NCBI RefSeq assembly: GCF_026571515.1
Contig: NW_026852521.1
Coordinates: 1 to 64,000 of the forward strand
Direction of reading: 5' to 3'
Origin: Ruditapes philippinarum
Lineage: Eukaryota
Length of the DNA: 64,000 nt
Position 1 is the stretch's first letter. Each line of letters opens with the position of its first letter. Below, piece after piece: positions 14,466-26,345 of this stretch. A model generated the notes under the pieces. That model saw only the letters and a program-made list of their open reading frames with translations. It ran no database searches and was not told the DNA's origin. The position numbers were made by a program, and so were the translations under genes.

Positions 14466-15711
14466 ATCTTTAATGCAGATACATATATTATATTATTGTG
14501 CAACTTATATCAATTACTTAGAGTCCACTTCCTTGAACTAGCCAGAAACATGACCTTGACCCGAGTACCTCAGTCTATCCGAGCCTGCAACATGTTCAAT
14601 TTATTTCTTAATGGATTCCGCTTTTATTTATTTTATTTAATGAGCAGAAGAAAATAAAACTGCTATATCAAGATTTTGAGCATCATCAAATAACCATTAC
14701 AAAGAATCTGGAAGCACGTGAACAGCGACTCCATTGAAAACGAATGTAATTTTCTGTAAGTATTTCCATTTTATCATGATTTTAGAAATCAATTTTAAAC
14801 AATTCGAAAAATTCTATACAGGTTCTACTGAATTAAGCATTTTCTTTTTACTTTGCAATGAAAAATCGCACCTAATATATAATAACATTAAGATTATCGC
14901 CGTTTTACTCCATTTACAAAATCTTTCCATAAAGCTTTGCCGTGTGCAAAATGCGTTGCGCTTTGAAGATGGGAACCAGTCGGCTATGTTCGGAGCCATT
15001 CGGTATTATATTGGTTCAAAGCGGGGCGTATTTGTGCACGGCAAAGCTGGGCCACGTTTGAATTTATGGAAAGATTTTGTAAATGGAGTAAAACGGCGAT
15101 AATCTTGATGTTTATTTAGGCTGTTGCGTTGTTTATATTACCGTTGAAGTTTAAAATTGACCATCACCGTGAAGAATTATATCTTCTGTGTCGATGGACC
15201 AAAGTATTATGTGAAAATATTGGAAATGGAATGAAATACATGGTGATTATGACGGTAGGGTCGGGATTTTTTTCCAGCGAACATTTTTATCTTGTGTATT
15301 ATTATAGACGTTGAAATATGATTCTTTTTCAAAACGGCTTATATTAAGTTTTTTTATATATATGATCAGTACATGGGTTGGGTTTGACAAATATGCATTT
15401 TGTTTGGATTTTAAAGGCGTTTTGAGCTCCACACCCCAAGTGTCTGTGACTATGACGTGACGTCCTGCCAAGTTTGCTGTTATTATTCAGAAAAAAACGT
15501 TGAGTGACTCGTAAATAAGTATTAAATAAGTCTATTTTAGTTACCGTCTTAACATTATATACGAGTTAGCGTGCCAATGTGCTCACTTAAAAGAAAGGGT
15601 CAAATTATGGAAAAAGTAGACAAGCTGAAAAATAATGATTTCCATCGTATGCAATGGCAAATTTGATAAGCCATATAAAAGCTATTTATAAATTATATAA
15701 TAAAACAGGTA

Positions 15712-15940
15712 TGAGCCGCGTCATGACAAAACCAACATAATGGGTTTGCGACCAGCATGGGTTCAAACCAGCTTGCGCACCCGCGCAGTCTGAACAGGAT
15801 CCATGCTGTTCGCCTACAAACCCTATTACAAGTAGAGAAACTGATAGCGAACAGCATGGATCCTGATCAGATTGCGCAGGCTGGTCTGGATCCATGCTGG
15901 TCGCAAACCCACTATGTTGGTTTTGTCATGACACGGCTCA
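15712..15940. mobile_element. Palindromic MITE with TA target-site duplication
   Basis: tgagccgcgtcatgacaaaaccaacata... pairs with ...tatgttggttttgtcatgacacggctca over nearly its whole length. TA is present on both sides. Confidence 0.9.
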
Positions 15941-15945
15941 TATGT

Positions 15946-16066
15946 ACTTTTTAGCTGTTGAATATGATGTGATATGTACTGAAAAAGTAATATTGACCTC
16001 GGCTATCGCATCGGTCAATATTAATTTTTTCAGTACATATCACATCATATTCAACAGCTAAAAAGT
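15946..16066. repeat. ~120-bp near-perfect hairpin element
   Basis: actttttagctgttgaatatgatgtgatatgtactgaaaaag...gacc pairs with ggtc...cagtacatatcacatcatattcaacagctaaaaagt. Confidence 0.9.
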
Positions 16067-16307
16067 CTATATTTGTATAATGTTTAATGCAATAAAATAA
16101 TTGAGTATTGTAAAAGAGTAGTGTAAATCGTCCACATTGTTACCCAATACCTTTAAACTTTCAGGTTTAAAATGTCATATAGATTTGTAAAATATATTTA
16201 TAGACAATAGGGTATACAATAGATCAATTATATATGCTTTAATAAAAACGAATGTTATGTTTTGTGATTTAATAAATGCGTTTAAAGTGTTAAACATTGC
16301 GTTAAAC

Positions 16308-18128
16308 ATGGGAGCTACACTTTTATTTGTAATTTTCTGTGTAATTTTTGGTGTTTTTTGGAGTTTTGAATCACTAATATGTTCATTGATTGCACTATTT
16401 ATGTGCATTATTTATGATTTGTATCATGTAGTTAAAACATTTATTTTCTCTTGTTTTTACAAAATAACAAGACGATTTAATTCAAGAAAGTTAATGGAAA
16501 CGAACAGTTTTAAAAGGTATTTAACCGTTTATGGTACATTTTATTACTCGAAAAACTAAATTTGTTATTCAAGATAATTTAATTTTTATTTGTGCTTTAT
16601 ATTTAAAAATATGTGATCCCTTTTGAGTATAATAAAAAAAAATTTTAAAACTGGTTTTTAGGGCCCGTCTGTATAATTTAATTCCAAAATTTTCTAAAAG
16701 TTTCCCCGATAACCTTTGCTTTGATGGGCAAAATAACCATTTTTTCCCTATAAAAAATGCTATTTTGGGTTTTAGTTTTTGGTTTTGGGGCGAGAGGGGT
16801 ATTAAACTTTTTTTATTAATTTCCCTTTATGTACAAACTCAATTTAAACTGAGGTTTTTCAGTTTTTTATGTTTAAATTTTGGGATTAAATTTAAAACTA
16901 ACAAGGTTGATCCATTTTTCCCTTTTTATAAATCCCGTTTCTGCAAAAAAACCGTTTAACTCGACAATTAAAAAAATTGGGGAAAAGTTACCCCTCACAC
17001 TTTGTTTGGTTTTTATAATGCACATGTCTGTATGAATATTTCGAATAAAGGTCAACAACGTGGTAACATGGTATCATCATTATCAATCGTCTCAGTATTG
17101 TAAGTTATTTTTTCATACTAAAATCCAAAATGGACTGATTCAAATCACAGATTCAGCATAGTCATTGTTAAAGTTGGTTGCCTTTTAAATGTCTTATAAT
17201 CTTTTTTTATTGCAGTTTTGTGTCTCCCAACAGACACAGACTTTAATTTGCTTCTGACAGAAAGATGTCTGTTGAAAGAATGCGACTTTGCTCTGCTAAA
17301 GTTTTGGACAGAAAACTATGTGTATGATGCTTTAAGCTCACGAAAGGCGGAGCTACTTCAATCAGGGCGATATACATGCTTCAAGTATCCAATCAGGGTG
17401 TTTGAAAGCTTTGAAATTGTTACTAAAGTAAGTCTAATCACTACGTGAATATAAGTTATAATACAAGAAGTGTAAGTTTGACGAAGAATACGTGAATTGC
17501 AAAATTAATACAAAAAAATATTGATAAGAGTATGTGTTATCATAATGTCACAAGCGATACTTTTATTGAAACCATTAAATGAACAATTTACCATAGCAAG
17601 TTGCAGTCAATCTCATTTATTTATTAAACACAATTATTTGAATGAAAAAAGGGTAAATTCTAATTTGACACAAAAAGAATAAGAATAAACTTTATGTGAT
17701 GTTAAATATTTCGAATGCTTGATGGTCTTATAAAGTTATCATTGATATTCGTCTTATAAAGTAGTCATTAATACTCGTCATATAAAGTAATCGTATAGAT
17801 CAATACATTGTCGATTTATTAATTCATATTTGTGATGTATTATGTCATTTACTGTTTTCAAACATTTTTTTCTGACTGTATATTTCAGATATCTTACTGT
17901 GACGAAAAAGCATTTTATGTAACACAATCTATTCTCAGGAACGCTGATAAATGTCTGTGTGCCACCGTGTTATCTGTTCATCAAATTGTAGGGACCAAGA
18001 TGTCTACATTATTGGGGAGCAAAAATACCACCTTGAATAAATCCAAGTTTGAAAATGTAGTTATAACGTTCCAAGAATTCCATTCGGATTATTTCAAACA
18101 AGTTAAAGATTCGTGGAAAGGTGTTTGA
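16308..18128 (+). CDS. THEM6: THEM6-like hotdog-fold protein, paralog A: exons 16308 (or 16257)-16516, 17216-17427, 17889-18128. There is a 1-nt phase mismatch at the exon 1 donor.
   Basis: Hydrophobic N-terminus, then CLPTDTD...LKECDFA...PIRVFESFEIVTKISYCDEKAFY...CATV, colinear with the THEM6 pattern [35 protein letters not shown]. Exon 2 is 212 nt, the same length as in paralog B. AATAAA at 18166. Confidence 0.75.
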
Positions 18129-18397
18129 TGATAGAAAATAATATATGAAACAAGTAGTGTCGTCTAATAAATTGATATAAAAATAATTTGTGTTTGAGTT
18201 TACCTCTTTATAGCTTAATTGAGATTCAAATACTCATATATGATGGGGACACAAATACTTTTTGCCCAAATTGCAAAATTAATTGAAATAAATGTTTTTA
18301 TGACAAGCTATGCATACAACATGTAATGTTAAAATGTTTCATTGTCAAAAGCGTCACTTACATTTTCATTGACACGGACTTGACATTATATTAATGA

Positions 18398-18449
18398 TTA
18401 TAATAATTATAAAATAATAATAATAATAATAATAATAACAATAATGATA
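18398..18449. repeat. (AAT)n microsatellite
   Basis: Run of aataataat... Confidence 0.85.
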
Positions 18450-18935
18450 AAAACTTTATCGAAGTTGATGCTCATTTGCTGAAAGTGAGTACAATAATGC
18501 GACAATTGGTTTCGTTTCCTCACACATTGAAAAATTGTTCATTTTTTTATTCGTACTTAGTGACATTTATCAAGCTAACTTGTTGATCCTGATCTTTATG
18601 TTTTTAAGCAAATAGAATTTAAAATTTCAGTTGTCGTTAATGAAAGGCTTTAAAATTCTCTCTATGAATAATACATACAAGTACAGATTCCAGCCTATAA
18701 CACTCGTAAGAGAGGTTGGCAGTATCCAGAGATAGATAGACATGGTCAGTTAAATTTACAGAATTTGTAAGTTCCTAAACGGAGCGTTTTTAAAAGGTGT
18801 TTAAACATGTTATAAAGTTATCAATGTAGGTCATTTATACTACAGTGTTTATGTAATCAGCCATAGCATTTAAAGTGACCGATTTTAAACGGGACGTTGT
18901 TTTCTTTTTCATGTTTATTATACAAGGACAGCAAA

Positions 18936-20805
18936 ATGAATTATACAAATATGTTTCTGGTATTAGTTTTAACATTTTGTGTGTTATGGATGTTCAGTTC
19001 ATCCCTGTGTCTAGTGTTTGGATTATTTGTAAGTTTAAGTGTTGATATACATGCAATATGGAGAAATGTATTGGTCCTTTATTTCTGTAAGATGAGACGG
19101 AGATATCATCCGAAGAAAATAACTGATCTCAATATATTCAAAGGTAAACATTATTGTCTTTTTGACATGATATGAACGGTCAAAGCAGATTGGCAATGTT
19201 TTAATTATATTTATAAAAGCTACAGCTTGGAAACACGTTTTGTTGTATACCTAAAATATTCAACAATGTGATTATGAAATTATATACAATATCATACACA
19301 GAATAACCGTCTCTTCATGATCTTGAATTAATAGAATGTTTTTTTTTCGAAAGGCAATTTGATTGCAGACAAAATATTATAGATATATAACAAAATCAGT
19401 TCCAATTTTCAGTGTAAAGTCAAAATAAAGATAATTATATACCTCTAAACTGGAAGTTTTATTAAAACTGGTTTTGCATTGCATAAAATACTTATATCAT
19501 AGACTTACGCTCATCAGCTGTTAAGTTTTAATATACAATACAATTATATAATTTCTAGCTCTTGATGTTATTTTTCTACATTAGTTAGTCTATCCTTTAT
19601 TGAGACTAACGCCCCCATGATTGTATTATGCACAAACATAATGCACTTGGTTAAGTAGTACTTATTTTTGACTTTATGTAAATGAAGAAACTAATGAAAT
19701 CAAAGGTACAACTTACTTGAATGATACTATTATCACTCACCTTTGTCGGTTATGGATGTACTTATACCTTGTACCTATCAAGATAAATTGCATATTATAC
19801 CACCTCTTTATACTATTAGAAATTATCACAAATAAGTATACATACACTGATATGTGTTAAGAAGAATTCCTCTTGAAGGACACGATATAATAATTGCGTT
19901 TTCTTTCCATACAGTAATATGTTTACCAACCGATGTAGACACCGACCTACAACTTACGAGTGGACGTCTTCTCAGAGAATGTGGATTTGGTCAAAGAGAA
20001 TTCTGGGTAGAGAATTTCGTTGAAGATGTCGTGGAACGTTTAAATGGGAAGATGAAAGTTGAAGCATATCATCTGTCATATGATACTCCTATTGAAATGT
20101 TTGAAACATTCAAAATAATAGCTGTGGTATAAATGTTTATATCAACTCAAATATACTACTGGTAATATAGCACGTAATACATAGCATGCATTATCGTGTA
20201 TCAAAGTTTCATTTAAGATATTTATATATCGCAAAAGCAGGTATCAAATGCTATGTGGCAGCCGTAAAACGTTACTCCGTACTTCACTTCAGTGTTGATA
20301 ATTTTTCTGGTCCTTCGGATCATTGACTCCACAAATCACTTTTTTTTAGATATTAAATTTGGAAATACTAGCTTCAATAAAACTTCAAATAGCTTTTATT
20401 TGTACCAATGTACCAAGTTTCATGACCATCATTCTATTTGAAACTTGAACACTGTTTGTTTCTTTTGTATTTCATATCGTATTTAGCAAGTGATTTGTTA
20501 CAAGAAATTACATAATGCCAGTATATTATTTGATTGCAACGTCATTTTACACGAGACTTTTTAAAAAAATTATATTGCAGTTGATATATTGGGATGACAC
20601 AGCGTTCTATATGAAGCAGACGATAGAAAGAAACAGAGACAAGAAGCAATGTGCGACCATTTTATCCCGCCACAAACTCACAAACGTTACGACGAAACAA
20701 ATTCTTAATTCATTAGATAAATGTGATGTAGAAAGTAAACCGGTTCCATCAGACCTGTTACAGAAACTACAGACGCTAAGTGGGAACTTTTCTAAGAAAC
20801 AATAG
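18936..20805 (+). CDS. THEM6: THEM6-like hotdog-fold protein, paralog B: exons 18936-19143, 19915-20126, 20581-20805 (214 aa)
   Basis: Splices in frame: MNYTNMFLVLV...FK/VICLPTDVD..LLRECGFG..PIEMFETFKIIAV/LIYWDDTAFYMKQ..CATILSRH..PVPSDL. The WDD.AFY and P.DL motifs match THEM6. Confidence 0.85.
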
Positions 20806-22126
20806 CTTTGTACTACTTAGTATCTATACCTTTATTAAGTATACTTTCTTACGTAATACTTAATTGCACTAGTGTATACATTCACATTTAAAATAAATGT
20901 ACTTATATAAGTGTTGAAGAACATTATTAGAGGCATTCCTGAATGTTGTTATCTGAGTACACTCCCGTGGTGTGCGCTTAGGGGCGCTTAAACATAAAAA
21001 GCAGTGTTTTGATATTTAATAAATTATATACTGATCAAAAATAATAAAGATGTTGCGTCATATTTAAACAAAGGTGTGAATGGGACAAGTTTTTCTAAAA
21101 GACTTACTTTAGAGCGAGCAGCTGACCGACATAGATCTAATAAATGAAACAGATGAAAAGAAAATACTACTCTCAACTCAATTGGAACACTGACGATTAC
21201 TCACAATCATCTCAGACATAACACGAAATAAAAATATACCTACAAAGTGACAGATTTAAACAATTCTTTGTTTAAAATGAATAACAAGTATATATTTGAC
21301 ATCCAAAGGAAAACAAAGTCTATACCGTTGAAATAACAGACTCAATTTAAAATTGTCCATTGAAATATATGTACTATCATACATTGTAACAATGTGTCAT
21401 AGAACGAGAAATATTCTTTTTGTAATACATGTATTCTATTATTTGCACTTTACATATCGTCATAGCATATGTACTACGTCTATTTTTATATTTTGTAAAT
21501 ATTTGTTATGAATAAATATCTTGGATATATACATGAACCATATACAAATAACTTCCGACTGGGCTACGTCGACAAATATCAATATGACTTGGTATATAAA
21601 CAATGAACAATGCACTGTTTAATGTCAGATCTATAATTTTACTTAATTCAACTATTACACGATATGGAACAAACTCAGTCAACTACAACCAGTATTTACT
21701 TACTATTCGGTTACATTATTAGTTTATTTAACGCATGTTACACCGAGGTACAGCATCCGTTTCTTACTATTGTGTTCAAAGTCCTAATCAGAGGCAGAAA
21801 AGTTGCTTTTGCTCCTACTCTGTGTTCCAATCGTAAAATAAGTAGCTATTGCAAGGCATAATAGCCGAGGAGATCTAACTTTCCTGCGTTCCTGATGATT
21901 TGATACAAACGGAACACCTCGATGAAAAGGATTAGATTTGTTATGGTTAAACTTGAAGCAAAAACACGACAATTACGTTTTCTACTGTATCATATACAAA
22001 AACCACCCTGTTTGTATAAAATCCTTTAGGAATTGAATGAATGTAAATCCTCCACAAAATTATCCCTATCAGAGAATGAGTAACGAGTGGCGGTGACCTT
22101 TACATGATTCGTTATCCACGCATTGT

Positions 22127-23874
22127 CACAGTATATAAACGATCTGAACCCAAACCGGATCTTGTGAGAAGATGTCAGTGTCAGCCATTTTCTGACGCTT
22201 AACTTGTTTAATATATTGGTATTTATATTGATACTTATGGACGTTAGGTTAGTAAATCTATATTTATATCGCAGAAGAGAAACTTTATTAAGCGTTTAAG
22301 TTATGCAAAATATAAATGTTAGCATTAAAGCTATAAAATAATCGAAACTCACGAACTGCTTTCAGGTGATCAACACTGAACACTAACAAAAATCCGTCTT
22401 ACTTCAAGGTTTATTTAGTTAAACATTGAATTGTGATATCCAACTACTAAAATAATCAATAACAAACGATAATTTAGTCATCTGCAAAAATATTGCTGTA
22501 TTTTGAACATTAAATTAAGAGTTTAACCAAGGAGGTCAATTCCGTAAACTGAACGTTACTTGCTGGTGATTGTGAACCCTACCTGTGAGTTTACGAATTT
22601 TATCTGTACCCTGACTTGCGAGTATTTTTAAAGATTTAATGGAGAGAACATTAATTATTTAACGTATTTATTTGTTTATTGACAGGCAAAATGGAAGAAT
22701 TTAGTTTTCATTGCCCCCTTTCTCTTTAAAAAAAATCGGAAACACTATTGTTCGGAATTTGGACATCAGAACAAAAGCTTAAAATAACAATAACAAAACA
22801 TAAAAATCATACTCAAAAGACTTTAGAATTATTCGAAAAGAACTGAAAAAAATAAAATAAAAAGAACTTTAAAAGCAAATGATATTACAAAAACAGTCAA
22901 AATTTTAAGACAAGAATGACTTGAAAAATAATCTCAAATCAAGAAATGTAACGGCTCGGGTGATATAAAATCTTAGCAGGTAATATATCCGCATATATCA
23001 CTCCAAAACCAAAATAACTTATAATACAACGGTCACGTCAAAACAAACAGTAATGCCGTAGTAGAAACGTTTATAGTACTTAATATGTTATATCTTAAGC
23101 TTTATATCTTTTCAAAGAAAAATGAATGGTAAATGAAGATAGGATTTGTTGGTTGATAATTCCTGTCAAGAAATAATTTTTTCCTAATTCGTATTAACAG
23201 CTACTTCATGCTGGTATTTCCATGGAAAGTAAAACATGATGAAGGTCCATTCATGTGCAGTATTGGTAACTTATATAGAACTAAAAGATGTGTCATGCTC
23301 TTGTGACACAATAACTTCATATTCTGCAAGATATAATTTGGAACATAGGACAAAAACAATAAAAATCATCAAAAGTGACTCGCAAGTTATGGTTCAGTGA
23401 AAACACAAGCAGGGTACAAATCATTAAAATTGTTTTAGCAAGACGAGTACAGTTATCAGAATGTTCGCCTCTATTATTTACTGTGTTTTTATCAATATTC
23501 AAAGATATCTACACAAGTGTCTGTGCGATAACACAAGGTAAGACAATAAAGTTCACATTCAGATATGAGTTATAGTGAAATAAAACAATTTTAGGCATAA
23601 ATTTGCTTGTGTAATCGGCGTGTGTTGACATAAACAAAACACGAAGCGGAGAGCACAGCGTTTTATGCGCATAAATCTAAAGAAGCTGGTTATAGATGTA
23701 TCTATAAGCAAAGAAAAAATATTTCTTAATATGATTCAAATGTTTAAATACCGTCACAGATTAAATGCAAGCCGTCTTAAAAAGTTTTATGGGTCACCCC
23801 ACCTGTTTGTACGGAACTGATGTTGAGATCTTCTCACAAGATCCGGTTGGGGTACAAATCGTTTATATACTGTG
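22127..23874. mobile_element. Non-autonomous DNA transposon with ~57-bp TIRs beginning CACAGTA and a 5-bp TSD (ATTGT); Transib/RAG-like signature
   Basis: Left end cacagtatataaacgatctgaacccaaaccggatcttgtgagaagatgtcagtgtcag. Right end, reverse-complemented, cacagtatataaacgatttgtaccccaaccggatcttgtgagaagatctcaacatcag. ATTGT at 22122-22126 and 23875-23879. Confidence 0.75.
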
Positions 23875-25192
23875 ATTGTTATTAGCTAACTGAATTCTTA
23901 TAAGAATGGTAAAACATAAGATCCGAATGGTTTTATTTTATACTCTTTAATTGCTGTACATCTTTACTCAACCTAAACAATATGTATATATCTATATAAT
24001 GTATGTAACAATATATGAGTAAACTTTAAGTAGGTGGAGATTACATATAATGAATAACATCACTACCCACAATTATAGAAAAATGCAGCACTGCGCCTGA
24101 AAGCGCTAGAGGACCCTTCATCAAAGTCCGGGCGACGCATGGTCTAGTGGTGATAATCATGACTAAAATCTATTAGTTGTAAGGTCGATATTACAGTACC
24201 ACACCGTACAATCAAATGGGCAGACAGCTGTTCCAGCGTCCACAGCTGTACCAGTATGTATACATGTCGGCGCGGGGAATACAATTGACGTACGGTAAGT
24301 ATTCATCTATTTTTAACATATCTTAACTATGTTTGAGTAAATCAATGTTATGGATTCATAGTCAACATCCTAAGGGACATGCTTACAAATTTCTGGCCGT
24401 GTGCAAGCTTTACTTCACGTGAATTTTGACTGAAAATAACCACACTATCCGATGAGATGCGGTGTTTTAGTTTAAAGTCACAAAAACTTATATTTTCTCA
24501 TGATAATAAATCCTTTTATCATACGATTCGTAAACGTCAACATTTCGTCATTAAATACTCCAAACCATACCTTCAAAAAAGCTTTCTGTTAAAGTTATAA
24601 GGTATTTAAGTTTGAGTGTCATCAAAATTTTAGTAACGTCATCAGCTGTTCGCCTCTTTTTAATGATAACATCGACAGCAATTCATCGGCAAGAATGAAT
24701 AACGCTGAACGCCGTTCAAAGAAACAATTTTCAGCGCTTTTGAAAGAGTAAAACTTTTTTGCTCATTTAAAATATTACTTTATTCATGATACTTTCTAAT
24801 TATATTATTTTTATTATTACTTTCTATTATATGTTGTATCTTAGCTGAGAGGCCTTTATCTCCATTTACCGCACTGTATTTCAATATAAAAAGGTAGCAA
24901 GATCTATTAATATGTTTCTGAAATATTAAATTCAAAGAAAGTAAAGGCAAATTTAACGCTTAATACGAATACACTTTATAATAAATAAAGGCATCCATCA
25001 AGTCAGTGTTATTATAAATAATGGCATATAGTAGACATGTCCCGTGCAGTAAATGGCTGTGTTACCCGAGATGTCTGCCACATAAAATGATTTATTTAAA
25101 ACAAAAAAAAAATAATTTTTAAGAATGATTATTATTTCTATTGCACTATAAATTAAATCAGATTTTAAGGATCAAAATCAACATGTTTATCC

Positions 25193-25409
25193 NNNNNNNN
25201 NNNNNNNNNNNNNNNNNNNNNNNNNNNNNNNNNNNNNNNNNNNNNNNNNNNNNNNNNNNNNNNNNNNNNNNNNNNNNNNNNNNNNNNNNNNNNNNNNNNN
25301 NNNNNNNNNNNNNNNNNNNNNNNNNNNNNNNNNNNNNNNNNNNNNNNNNNNNNNNNNNNNNNNNNNNNNNNNNNNNNNNNNNNNNNNNNNNNNNNNNNNN
25401 NNNNNNNNN
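25193..25409. other. Assembly gap (N run) inside the microsatellite of the left foldback arm
   Basis: Run of N characters. Confidence 1.
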
Positions 25410-25719
25410 TGTGCGTGCGTGTTTGCACTTATGTGTATGTGTGTGTGCGTGCGTATGTATGTGTATTTGTCTTTAGTTCTATACCCGATACACCAGTGAC
25501 ACTGTTTAACTCATATTCTCTATATTTCAGGCAGTTCAACTGATGTGTTTCCACCAAAGGCTTAATGCTGTCTTGGAATATTAAAAATGTCAATACACAA
25601 TATTAGCATTTATAAGTATCCATTGCTGTATCTTTTTCTCCCTTATAAATTCTGAAAAGTCAAAAACACAATGTGTCATAATTGCAGTAATTAACTTCAT
25701 CATATCATCGAATGATATA

Positions 25720-26345
25720 ATCAAAGCACAGACGTCGCTGAATTTGTTTGGGTCTCAGAATGACAGAAAGGTGAAGATTGTGAGATAATAAACCAATTTG
25801 TTTTTGTATAGTGCCACCAATGCTTTCCAGTGTTTTAACTGTAGTAATTTGGCTATAAGACTACTTGCAACACTGATAGTCAAATTGACTTAAAAAAAGA
25901 GTTTCCTCAACTGGGATTTGAACTCCAGACCTCTCGATTCTTACGCGAGCATGCAAACCCCTCGGCCACGGTGAAGTTTTATTTAAATAGCTTGAAGAAA
26001 ACCATATTATTCTAAATTAGGGTTTGTAACTTATTATTTCGACGCTAAACCTGTTGTTTAACACAGATGTAAATAATCATGGAGCTTCTGTAAACATGTA
26101 TATCTATAAAAAATGAAACAATTTTAGAAATATTCGACCATTCGGGAACTAATTTGCTTGAAAATTAATGCGCCTGTCATTTGACAATCTTTACGCATTG
26201 ATCCCCCCTGAATTTTTCGGCGTTACGTATAAAGGGAAGTAACCGCTTCAAAAAAGTGGACTACTTTAGGCATTTGCAATTAACAGCATTAGGCTCTGAA
26301 ATTTCGCTACCATTATTTGTTTGGTTTGACGACCCAAACAAATAA
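25720..26345. repeat. ~620-bp module, repeated in inverted orientation at ~29490-30115, containing a tRNA-like A/B-box segment
   Basis: aatcaaagcacaga...gacgacccaaacaaat matches the reverse complement of 29490-30115. The segment ccgtg(g/a)ccgagggg...gttcaaatccc resembles a SINE head. Confidence 0.85.

Noticed and set aside
14734-15102. 122-aa ORF
   Set aside because: No recognisable motifs, non-ATG start and no supporting splice structure.
21784-22590. Minus-strand splice-like signals and a 62-aa ORF
   Set aside because: No coherent reading frame or recognisable protein; partly inside a transposon.
23250-23333. Possible RING-finger remnant (FMCSIG...LL*HNNFIFCKI) inside the CACAGTA element, suggestive of a RAG1-like N-terminus
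   Set aside because: Too few ligand residues match and stops intervene; not distinguishable from chance without a profile search.
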